NCBI GenBank assembly: GCA_963816395.1
Contig: CAWFKQ010000009.1
Span: 128,001-192,000 of the forward strand
Length of the DNA stretch: 64,000 bases
Source of the DNA: an uncultured delta proteobacterium
GTDB taxonomy: Bacteria > Desulfobacterota > Desulfuromonadia > Desulfuromonadales > JACZKF01
Direction: 5' to 3'
Of the stretch, positions 48,304-57,349 are shown piece after piece; position 1 is the stretch's first letter; each line of letters begins with the position of its first letter. The notes below the pieces were generated by a model. It had not been told where the DNA came from. It saw only the letters and a program-made list of their open reading frames with translations, and ran no database searches. Position numbers and translations under genes: made by a program.

Positions 48304-50145
48304 ATGGGTTACCGAAATCTATCGGAGTGCGTCCGCGATCTGGAAGCGAACGGTCAGTTGATCCGGATCGAACAGGAGGTGGATCAGAAGCTGGAAGTGG
48401 CGGCCATCCAGCGGCGGGTCTATCGCGCCGGTGGTCCGGCCCTGCTCTTCACCCGGGTGCGCGACTGCCGTTTTCCCCTGCTCGGCAACCTGTTCGGGAC
48501 CTTGGAGCGGACCCGTTTCCTGTTCCGGGACAGCCTGGAGAGGGTACATCGCCTGCTGGCCATGAAGGTCAGGCCGGAGATCGCCTGGAAAGAGCCCGGT
48601 GCTTCCTTGCGGGCGGTCCGCGGGCTGCCTCACCTGCTGCCGAAGCTGGTTGGCAGCGGGCCGATTCTCGCCCATAACACCACCCTTGACCAGCTGCCGC
48701 AGCTATGGAACTGGCCGCGGGACGGCGGCCCCTTCATTACCCTGCCGCAGGTCTACTCCGAAAGCGCCCAGCACCCCGGCTGGCGCGGCTCCAACCTGGG
48801 GATGTACCGGATACAGCTGGCGGGAAACCGCTATCGCCCCAATGCCGAGGTGGGCCTGCATTATCAGCTCCATCGCGGGATCGGCGTCCATCAGGCAGAG
48901 GCCCTGGAGCGCGGCCTTCCCTTTCGGGTGAATATCTTCCTCGGCGGGCCGCCGAGTCTGACGGTGGCCGCGGTCATGCCCCTGCCGGAAGGCTTGCCCG
49001 AGCTCGTCTTCGCCGGCCTGCTGGGAGGGCGGCGCCTTCGTCTGGTCGTCCGTCCGGGGGAGCTGCCGATACCTGCGGAGGCCGATTTTTGCATAACCGG
49101 CATCGTCGATCCGCAGAGAACTTTGCCCGAAGGACCTTTCGGCGATCACCTCGGATATTACAGCCTCACCCATGATTTTCCCGTCCTGCAGGTGGAAAAG
49201 GTCTATCACCGCCCGGGCGCCATCTGGCCCTTCACCACGGTCGGCCGGCCGCCGCAGGAAGACACCACCTTCGGTGCCTTCATTCACCAGTTGACCGGCC
49301 CGCTGATCCCGCAGCTGATTCCCGGCGTGCAGGCGGTGCATGCTGTCGATGCGGCCGGGGTGCATCCCCTGCTGCTGGCCATCGGCAGCGAACGCTATAC
49401 GCCGTATGCCGGTCGGCGCCGGCCGCAGGAACTGCTGACCCAGGCCAATGCCCTTCTCGGGCAGGGGCAGCTCTCCCTGGCAAAATATCTCCTCATTGCC
49501 GCCCGGGAAGATCAACCCCAGCTGGATGTTCACGACATTCCAGGTTTTTTCCGGCACCTCCTGGAACGGGTCGACTGGCGTCGCGATCTGCATTTCCAGA
49601 CCCGGACCACCATCGATACGCTCGACTACTCTGGAACGGGTTTGAATGAGGGATCGAAGGTGGTCATTGCCGCCGCCGGAGAGATGGGTCGCCGCCTCGC
49701 CGAGGTGACGCCGGGGGATCTGCGCCTGCCGCCCGGGTTTACTGCCCCGCGTCTTGTCCTGCCGGGCATCCTGGTGGTCCAGGGGCCGCCCGCGGGGGGC
49801 GGTGCCGGCGGCGATGATCCGCTGCTGGGGAATTTCTGCGCGACTTACCAGCCGCCGGGAAAAGGTCCCGAAATTCCTCTGGTGGTGGTTGTCGATGACA
49901 GCGAATTCGTCGCCCGCACCCTCGATAACTTCCTCTGGGTGACCTTTACCCGCTCCGATCCGGCCAGTGATCTCTACGGGGTGGGGGCGACGGTGATCGG
50001 CAAGCACTGGGGGTGCTCCGGGCCGCTGGTGATCGATGCCCGCCGCAAGCCGCATCATGCCCCGCCGCTGGAGGAAGAGCCGGCCGTGGAACGGCGGGTG
50101 GATGCTCTTGGCGCACCAGGTGGGCCGCTGCACGGCATCATCTGA
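48304..50145 (+). CDS. UbiD-family (prFMN) decarboxylase
   Basis: DGGPFITLP, NLGMYR, EGPFGDHLGYY, GRPPQED. Confidence 0.92.
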   Translation: MGYRNLSECVRDLEANGQLIRIEQEVDQKLEVAAIQRRVYRAGGPALLFTRVRDCRFPLLGNLFGTLERTRFLFRDSLERVHRLLAMKVRPEIAWKEPGASLRAVRGLPHLLPKLVGSGPILAHNTTLDQLPQLWNWPRDGGPFITLPQVYSESAQHPGWRGSNLGMYRIQLAGNRYRPNAEVGLHYQLHRGIGVHQAEALERGLPFRVNIFLGGPPSLTVAAVMPLPEGLPELVFAGLLGGRRLRLVVRPGELPIPAEADFCITGIVDPQRTLPEGPFGDHLGYYSLTHDFPVLQVEKVYHRPGAIWPFTTVGRPPQEDTTFGAFIHQLTGPLIPQLIPGVQAVHAVDAAGVHPLLLAIGSERYTPYAGRRRPQELLTQANALLGQGQLSLAKYLLIAAREDQPQLDVHDIPGFFRHLLERVDWRRDLHFQTRTTIDTLDYSGTGLNEGSKVVIAAAGEMGRRLAEVTPGDLRLPPGFTAPRLVLPGILVVQGPPAGGGAGGDDPLLGNFCATYQPPGKGPEIPLVVVVDDSEFVARTLDNFLWVTFTRSDPASDLYGVGATVIGKHWGCSGPLVIDARRKPHHAPPLEEEPAVERRVDALGAPGGPLHGII

Positions 50146-50200
50146 CAGGATGAGGGAGCGGTAAGGGCGGATCCGGGGGGCAGAGGGAGGGAACCGCTGC

Positions 50201-50392
50201 TCACCTGGTAGGGATCAGGCAGTCCTCGCGCCAGCAGCAGGCGAATTGCCGGCAATCGAATCGCCATTCGGCGCCGAAGCAAGGCTGATTCTCTTCGGAG
50301 CGTTGGATGGAGCGGATTACCTCCGCTTTGCGCATTCTTCCCGGGGCCACTCCGACACGGATGGCACGCTCGCGGATCTCGGTCATTTTCAT
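50201..50392 (-). CDS. Small SAP/Rho-N-like protein with Cys-rich tail
   Basis: EIRERA...MRKAEVIRSIQ..E.NQPCF...C.Q..CCWREDC; RBS aggag upstream. Confidence 0.75.
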   Translation of the reverse strand: MKMTEIRERAIRVGVAPGRMRKAEVIRSIQRSEENQPCFGAEWRFDCRQFACCWREDCLIPTR

Positions 50393-50613
50393 TCCGGGTT
50401 CTCCTGGAAATGGGCTTTTCCGTCTGCATTTACCGTCCTCGCTGCGGCGATAAGTGAAGCATATTTCCCGTTTCTGTCAAATCACCGGTATTCTGAAAAC
50501 AGTGCCGCCCCGGCACCGCCGTATCAAAACGGCTTCCGCTACTCTCTGTGCCATCGCCGCATTTCGGGTGTTGCAGAAGGGCAGGCGGCAGCGTTTCCCC
50601 GCGGAGAAAAGGA

Positions 50614-50949
50614 ATGACCCTGCCGGAACTGGTGAGAAAACAAGCGCAGACCATCTTGCGGGATTACTGTGCGGGCGGGGCAGGGAACCGCAGAGTGGAT
50701 CAGAAGCTGGCATTCGAAATCGTCGGAGATTGTTTGACCCTGTTCGCCGAAATCGAAGGCAGTGGCGCTGGGCGAGCGGAGCATTCGATTGCCCGGTTCT
50801 GCTACAACCATCAGTTGCATCAGTGGACCCTCCATTATCCAGACCGCAGCCGGGAGTGGCGTTTTTATCTGAATGCCGGCCCCACCCTCAATTTGAGCAA
50901 GCTGCTTCATCATGTGGATGAAGATCCCCTCGGGGTTTTCTGGCCCTGA
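50614..50949 (+). CDS. DUF3024-like protein
   Basis: IARFCY....QWTLHY.DR..EW..Y...VDEDPLGVFW pattern. Confidence 0.7.
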   Translation: MTLPELVRKQAQTILRDYCAGGAGNRRVDQKLAFEIVGDCLTLFAEIEGSGAGRAEHSIARFCYNHQLHQWTLHYPDRSREWRFYLNAGPTLNLSKLLHHVDEDPLGVFWP

Positions 50950-50963
50950 CCCTGGCATGTTCC

Positions 50964-52716
50964 CTATGCCGGGCTATGCCCGTTTTCCGCCTGATCAAAT
51001 GCTTCCGTATCGGGAAAATAGCGGGCGGAAAGAGCCGGCAGATCGCCTCTGAGCCAATCGACGATATGGGGGGCAGGCATCGGTGGCGCGAAGAGAAACC
51101 CCTGCACCTGGTCGCAGCGCCAGTTGGAAAGAAGGCGCATCTGCTCCGGTTTTTCCACCCCTTCGGCCGTCACCTGCAACCCCAGCTTTTCCGCCAGGGA
51201 GAGGATTGCGAAGCCGATGGCCGCGTCATGGCGGTTCTCCGTGATTCCCTGGACGAAGCACCGGTCAATTTTCAGGGCATGGACGGGGAGATGCTTCAGG
51301 TAGGAGAGGGAACTGAAGCCGGTGCCGAAGTCATCAATGGCGATCAGCACCCCCAGCTGCGCAATGGCGGCAAACAGGAGAGTGTTTTCCTCGGCATTGT
51401 GCACCAGACAGCTTTCGGTGAGCTCCACAACCAGACTCCCGGGAAGCAAGCCGGTTTCGCCCAGGAGATTCTGCAGGAAAGGCACAAAGTCTTTTTCCTG
51501 CAACTGTCTGGGCGAAATATTTACTGCCATTTTCATAGAAGGAAATCCCTGGTCATGCCATCGGCGGGCCTGCCGGCAGGCTTCCCGCAGTACCCATTGC
51601 CCCACTTGGACAATCAGTCCGTTCTCCTCCAGCAGGGGAATAAACTCCAGCGGCGGCAGAATACCCTTCTCGGGGTGCCGCCAGCGCAGCAGGGCCTCCA
51701 CCCCGGTGATCGTCCCCCGCGGCGGACTGATCTGGGGTTGGTAGAAAAGTTCGAACTCTTCTCGCTCCAGGGCACGGTACAGGGCGCTCTCCAGGTTCAT
51801 GCGTTCACGGGTTCGGGCATTCATTTCCTGGGTGTAAAACTGGAACCGATTATTCTTTCGTTCCCTGGCCCGGTACATGGCGGTCTCGGCGTTTTTCAGC
51901 AGCCCTTCGGCGGAACATCCGTCATCCGGAAACAGCGCAATGCCGATGCTGGCGGTCAGGAAAACTTCATGGTCATCGATGAAAAACGGGCTGGCGAGTG
52001 CCCGGAAGATCTTGCGGGTGATCATCGCCACCGGTTCACCGGTGGTCAGGTGCTCCAAAAGGATGACGAAGCGGTCTCCATGGAGACGGGCTAAGGTGTC
52101 GCTCTTGCGCAGACTGGTGCCAATCCGGGTGCCGATTTCCTGCAGCAGGGCATTGCCGGCGGCATAGCTGAAAGAATTGTTGATTTCCTTGAATCGATTC
52201 AGATTCAGCAGGAGCAGCGCCACCAACTCCCCCGCCCGTTCCGCATTGTGCAGGGACTGCTCCAGGCGGCTCTGGAAGAGCAGGCGGTTGGCCAGGCCGG
52301 TCAGCGGATCGAAATAGGTTGCGAATTCCAGCCGTTCCAAGACGGCTTTATGCTCCCTGAGATCCTCCAGGGTCAAGATGGCGCAGGCGTGCTCGTTATC
52401 CTCTTTTCTGCCGCTGGGCGGAAACGAGGACCGGCAGCGGGCGCATGTCGCTGCCGACGCATTCCATTTCCCGTTTGGCATATTCCCCCTGCGGCACCGC
52501 TAAAAGTTCCGGCAGGAACTGATCGTTCTCGCTGCTCAGAAGAAAGCGGGAAATATTCTGGTCACAGAGCTCGGCTGCCGGGAAAGCCAGAAGATTCTCC
52601 AGGGCAGGGTTGACCTCCAGAATCATCCCACGGGAATCCAGGACCGCCATGGCCAGGGGCGTTCCGGCAAAGAAAGAATCGAAGTTCAAGCCGGAGGTCC
52701 GGGAGCGGTTAGTCAT
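50964..52716 (-). CDS. PAS - degenerate GGDEF - EAL protein, probable c-di-GMP phosphodiesterase (frameshift near 52405)
   Basis: PAS (VLDSRGMILEVNPA), DPLTGLANR, HGDRF in place of GGDEF, intact EALLRW, ELTES, DDFGTGFSS, KID, EGVE, QGF. Confidence 0.9.
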
Positions 52717-53158
52717 TCAAATCTTCCCTTCTTTTGCCGGGGGCCTGGTACTCAAAGATGACATTGCCGATGTCATAGGCACAGTTTCCCCCCTCGGGAG
52801 CGGTGTAAGGCTCGGCCAGAATACAGTTGAGGATCCGCAGGCCCCGGGGGGATCTCTCGAAAGCCCCGAGCAACCGCGGCCGATCGGCCGCGGCACTTCG
52901 CGAGCGGACGGCATAAGAGAGAAAAGCAATCGGTGCCTGCCGGTTTCGCTGGCGGATGGCCTCGGTCAATTCCCGGATGCCGGCCGAGTCTTCTTCCCCT
53001 TCGAGAAGTGCGAAATCGAACCGCGAGCCCGATTGGCGAAGGGCGGCCAGGGCCGCCAGGGCGTCGGGGAAATGGCAAGTCGACTGTCGGTCCCGCGAAC
53101 GAATCAGGCGCGCCAGGGCGCGGGTTTCCCGCCTGTGTCCAACCACCAGGGTATTCAA
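52709..53158 (-). CDS. Hypothetical protein with degenerate receiver-like domain
   Basis: Overlaps both neighbours; TLVVGH / FDFALLE / PIAFLS resemble REC strands without the acidic pocket. Confidence 0.6.
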   Translation of the reverse strand: MNTLVVGHRRETRALARLIRSRDRQSTCHFPDALAALAALRQSGSRFDFALLEGEEDSAGIRELTEAIRQRNRQAPIAFLSYAVRSRSAAADRPRLLGAFERSPRGLRILNCILAEPYTAPEGGNCAYDIGNVIFEYQAPGKRREDLND

Positions 53159-53778
53159 GCAGCTGCCACGCTGGCGGCGGATTTCGCCGATCGGTAAACC
53201 GCGCGGCAGGTCTCCGCGTCGATATCGATCCAGCAGGCGACGGAGAGGACCTTGCCGACCTGCTGCGCCTTGCCGTCGCCAAATCGGTGAATACCCAGTC
53301 CGGCTCTTTTGAGGAGGCGCTCAACCGCTACGCTGGTGACGAAGACATAATGGGTGATGCCGTTCTCCAGCGCGAAATCGACCCCGGCGCGCAGCATGTC
53401 GAAAGTAAGGGAACAGATGCTGGCCTGCTCGCGGCCGCTGTTCTCTTCCGGAACCACCGCAAAGCGGCTGATTTCCCAGATGGATGGCGCTTTGGGGGCC
53501 GCCTCTCCGCGCAGCAATTGGGGGAAAACAGCCTCCAGCATATAGGGGCCGGTCGTCGGGAGAAGGCGCCAGCAGGCTTCGATGCGACCATTTGCATTGC
53601 GGCTGAACATGTGTACCGGTTCGAGTTCATCAAAGCGATCGTATTCCATTCCCTGCCGGCTTCCGACCTCCCAGCCCAGTCGTTCGTAAAAAACCTGATG
53701 GCGGAAGCGGAAGACGTCTGTCAGGGAATTTTTCAGTCCGGGGGGATTAGCAGATCTGGCGACAGCGACATGGCCCAT
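53155..53778 (-). CDS. luxI: Acyl-homoserine lactone synthase (LuxI family)
   Basis: FRHQVFYERLGW, EYDRFD, CWRLLPTTGPYML, WEISRFAV; RBS aaggagg. Confidence 0.96.
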   Translation of the reverse strand: MGHVAVARSANPPGLKNSLTDVFRFRHQVFYERLGWEVGSRQGMEYDRFDELEPVHMFSRNANGRIEACWRLLPTTGPYMLEAVFPQLLRGEAAPKAPSIWEISRFAVVPEENSGREQASICSLTFDMLRAGVDFALENGITHYVFVTSVAVERLLKRAGLGIHRFGDGKAQQVGKVLSVACWIDIDAETCRAVYRSAKSAASVAAA

Positions 53779-53836
53779 GGTTTTTCCTCCTTCAAGAGAA
53801 CTTGGAGGAATGAAACCACAGGCGGGTACTGGCGGG

Positions 53837-53856
53837 AACTGTTAGATGTTACAGGT
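53837..53856 (-). promoter_or_regulatory. lux box
   Basis: Minus strand ACCTGTAACATCTAACAGTT, 15/20 identical to V. fischeri ACCTGTAGGATCGTACAGGT, 58 nt upstream of luxI ATG. Confidence 0.85.
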
Positions 53857-53908
53857 CGAAAAGGGCGCACTGAAAAAGTGCGCCCCTGACTTCCTATCGC
53901 CCTGCATT

Positions 53909-54661
53909 TCAGGTGAACTGGGGGGTGATCAGGCGGAGAGAGATGGCACGGGCGACAGCATGCTGCCGGCTATTGACGTTGAGCTTGCCGGCGGCATTCT
54001 GCAGGTGGAAGATTACAGTACGCTCCGAGATGCCGAGGATCTGGGCGGTTTCCCAGGTGGTCTTGCCCTCGCTGGCCCAGAGCAGGCATTCCCGTTCCCT
54101 GCCGGTCAGCAGAGGTCCACCGCCGATTTCCCGGACCTCAACCAGGCGGCTGACGCTTTCGTGGATGTGGCTGGTCAGCAGATGCAGGGCAGGTATGCCC
54201 CGGGAGATCTTTTCCTGCACGACCGGGTTATCCGCGGAGGACACCAGCGAGACCATCGCCGCTTCTCCCCGGCTGCCGTGGACCGGGAAACTGACCCCGC
54301 TGCGCAAACCGAAATCGCGGGATTCACCCATGAACCGGCGAATTTTCGCATCCGATTTTTCCCGCACCGCCAGGCTGTTCCAGCGCAGGGGGGTGACCTG
54401 CGTGGCGCAATGGGCTACGGTGGGATCGACGCCGAAGTAATTCTGTTCTTTGTAATGCTGCCACCATGCGGGGGGGAAACCGCTGATGATAAAGAGGTTG
54501 GGACGGACGAGGGAGACGGGGGTGCGGGAGCCATAAATGAAATGGTCGAAACCGTACGCGTCGCAGATTTGGCTGCAGACAGAATGGATGTCCTCAATGG
54601 AAGAGGTTTCGGTCAGGGCAGTGATGTACTGCTGCACATGATCGGCTGGTGCCATGATCAC
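53909..54661 (-). CDS. luxR: AHL-responsive LuxR-family regulator
   Basis: Autoinducer-domain W..HY....Y..VDP, W, GLRSG residues; HTH RERECLLWASEGKT..SERTVIFH. Confidence 0.95.
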   Translation of the reverse strand: MIMAPADHVQQYITALTETSSIEDIHSVCSQICDAYGFDHFIYGSRTPVSLVRPNLFIISGFPPAWWQHYKEQNYFGVDPTVAHCATQVTPLRWNSLAVREKSDAKIRRFMGESRDFGLRSGVSFPVHGSRGEAAMVSLVSSADNPVVQEKISRGIPALHLLTSHIHESVSRLVEVREIGGGPLLTGRERECLLWASEGKTTWETAQILGISERTVIFHLQNAAGKLNVNSRQHAVARAISLRLITPQFT

Positions 54662-54742
54662 CTTCTCCGGCGCACAAGCATAAAGGTAGGAGGTTTTACC
54701 TATAGCATAGGCGGCAAGGAAAAATAAAACATTTTTCTGCCG

Positions 54743-55537
54743 TTAGCGGATCAGCCGGCGCCGCATGCGGTATATGGCAAGAGGGAGAACGGCCAGGGAG
54801 AACAGCAAGAGGTAGCCGGCCGACCACAGCAGTCGCCGGATCCGCTCGGCCCAAGCCAAGTGCGCGGGTGAGGAAAACGACATGGGTGAGCGGCAAGGCC
54901 AGAGCGAAATCCTGCGCCCAGGCCGGCAAATTCTCTATTGGGAAAAAAGTGCCGCTGAACAGGAACATGGGGGTGACGAAGAGAAATACCGGCAGGTTGA
55001 AAGCCTCGATATTCGGGCACCAGGCCGGTGAAAAGCATGGCCACCGCCCCGAAGGCGACCCCTCCCAGCAGGGACAGCGGCAGCAGCAGCAGGGCAAGCG
55101 GATACTGCAGGAGCCCGAAGGCGCTGATCACCGCCAGCATAATGGCGGTGCCAAAAAGAGATTTGGTGGCACCCCAGAGGATCTCCCCGATGATGATCTC
55201 GGTTAGGGAAAGGGGCGTGGCAAGGATGGCGTCGAAGGTCTTCTGGTAGTACATGCGGACGAAGGACGCATAGGTGTTCTCGAAGAAAGCGCTGTTCATG
55301 ATGTTGATGGCGATCAGCGCCGGGGCGATGAAGGTCACGTAGGGGATCTCAGTGCCGCCGGAAGTGACCTTGCCCACCAGCGAGCTGAGACCGACACCGA
55401 AGGCGAGCAGGTAGAAAAGGGGTTCGAGCAGGGGGGGAAGGAAGCTGATCTTCCAGGTCTGGAGGTAAACCATCCAGTTCCGCTGCCAGATGTGCCAGGC
55501 GCGGCGAATGGCCGATGACAGACCGGCTTCGGCTCAT
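54743..55537 (-). CDS. ABC-2 exporter permease (NodJ-like; frameshifts)
   Basis: PPLLEPLFYLLAFGVG, SFVRMYYQKTFDAILATP, PMFLFSGTFFP, LPLTH. Confidence 0.85.
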
Positions 55538-56449
55538 TCGCGCAACTCCCGGCCGGTCAGACGCAAAAAGACATCTTCCAGGCTGGCCGGGCGCAGGGTA
55601 CACCCCTCCCGGCAGTAATCGGCTATTATCTGACGAAATACGTCTTCATCATCGCCGCCGTAGATGATCAGGCGTTGACCGAGGTTTTCGTGGGTCAGCC
55701 CCTGTTCCGACACGAAATGTCGCAAAGACTCCGCCGGTGCTGCGATCTCGAGCACTTCCCTGCCGACATAACGGCGAATCAATTCCAATGGCTGCCCCTC
55801 CACCAGGATGCGGCCGTGGTCGAGGATGACCAGGCGGTCGCAGAGGCGGGCTGCCTCCTCCATATAGTGGGTGGTCAGCAGGATGGAGAGGCCGCGACTT
55901 TTCAGCTCCTCCAGGCGCAGCCAGACCTGGTGCCGCGACTGAGGGTCGAGACCGGTGGTCGGTTCATCGAGAAATGAGAATCTCCGGCTCGTTGATCAGC
56001 GCTCTGGCCAGCATCAAGCGGCGCATCATCCCCCCGGAGAGCTCGGGGATTTTGGCCTGGCTGCGGTGTTCAAGGGCGATGAATCTAAGCAGGGATTCAG
56101 CCCGCTCCCTGGCCCGGCGGCGGGGCAGGTCGAAGTAGCGGGCGAAAACCTCCAGGTTCTGCTGAACCGTCAGGTCGGGATCGAGGGTGTTCTCCTGCTG
56201 GCAAACGCCCAACCGCGCCTTGATCCGCCGCGGCTCCCGGTCGATATCGAGGCCGAAGACCCGCAGGCTGCCGCCGGTTTTCGGACTGAACCCGTAGAGC
56301 ATGCGGATGGTGCTTGTTTTGCCGGCGCCGTTCGGGCCGAGGATGCCGAAGCACTCCCCCCGGCGGATACAGAAGGAGATGCCGTCCACGGCCCGAAAGG
56401 GGCCGAAGGTTTTGGTCAGCTCAACGGCTTCGACGACGTTATCGACCAT
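55534..56449 (-). CDS. ABC exporter ATPase (NodI-like; frameshift near 55970)
   Basis: GECFGILGPNGAGKT, LSGGMMRRL, DEPTTGLDPQ, TTHYMEEA, LEDVFLRLTGREL. Confidence 0.9.
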
Positions 56450-56544
56450 GCCTGCTCCAGGGGGCCAAAGTGCCGCTAAAGCTTACTCCCGCCCCCTGGG
56501 AGTTGCAATCGTCGGGGCAAAAGTTTGTCCGGCGCAGCGGCTGG

Positions 56545-57138
56545 CTACTTCCTCTTGCGCCACGAGCGCATGGAGAAAAGTTCCCGGCGGCTGATCGGCA
56601 CCGGTGTCATCGTCTCGTTGACGAAACGGACATCCTCGATCGAATAGAAGGCATTGGGGTTGAAGCGCTTGATGCTGGCGATCACCTCCGGCAGCTTCTT
56701 CCGTTTGACAATGGTGAAGATCAGTTTTACCGGTCCGGTTTCCCCAAGGCCATCGACGCTGGTCACCCCATAACCGGATTGCCGGAGGAACTTCACCAGC
56801 TCGTCCGCTTCCTTGCGGGTGATGACGCGAACGATCAGGTTACCGATGGCGATTCGTTTTTCGATGGAAACGCCAACGAAATTGCCGGTGGAAAAGCCCA
56901 CGGCATAGGCGAAATAGGTCACCCAGTTGGTGAGATTCTGCATCACCTGGCCGATGGCGATAATCCATACCAGCACCTCAAAAAAGCCGACCAGGGCGGC
57001 CAGGGAGCGCAAACCGCGGGCAACGAAGATAATGCGCATGGTGCCGAAGGTCACGTCGACGATGCGGGAGAAAAATATCAGGAGGGGAATGATGACGAGC
57101 GAGAACAAAGGTGAGTGGGGCAGGGACAGATCGGGCAT
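56545..57138 (-). CDS. DUF2179/UPF0316 membrane protein
   Basis: RIVDVTFGTMR, GFFEVLVW, YAVGFSTG, GYGVT..G, NPNAFYSIEDVR. Confidence 0.85.
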   Translation of the reverse strand: MPDLSLPHSPLFSLVIIPLLIFFSRIVDVTFGTMRIIFVARGLRSLAALVGFFEVLVWIIAIGQVMQNLTNWVTYFAYAVGFSTGNFVGVSIEKRIAIGNLIVRVITRKEADELVKFLRQSGYGVTSVDGLGETGPVKLIFTIVKRKKLPEVIASIKRFNPNAFYSIEDVRFVNETMTPVPISRRELFSMRSWRKRK

Positions 57139-57349
57139 GGGCAACCTCTTGCGCCAAGTTAACCAGAGGCCGACATCATTGCAACCGGGCGCCTGCGGGT
57201 AGGTGGAGGGCGCATGAAGGCAAGCGCTTTCAGCAGCTGACCCTCGCCGCCGTTGAGAAGAACGCCGATTCTGCTAGACTTGCCCCTAGCTTTCCGCGGA
57301 AATTTCAGCCGTATAACCCGAAAAAGCCGCAGCGCGGCGGGAGGAAAGG

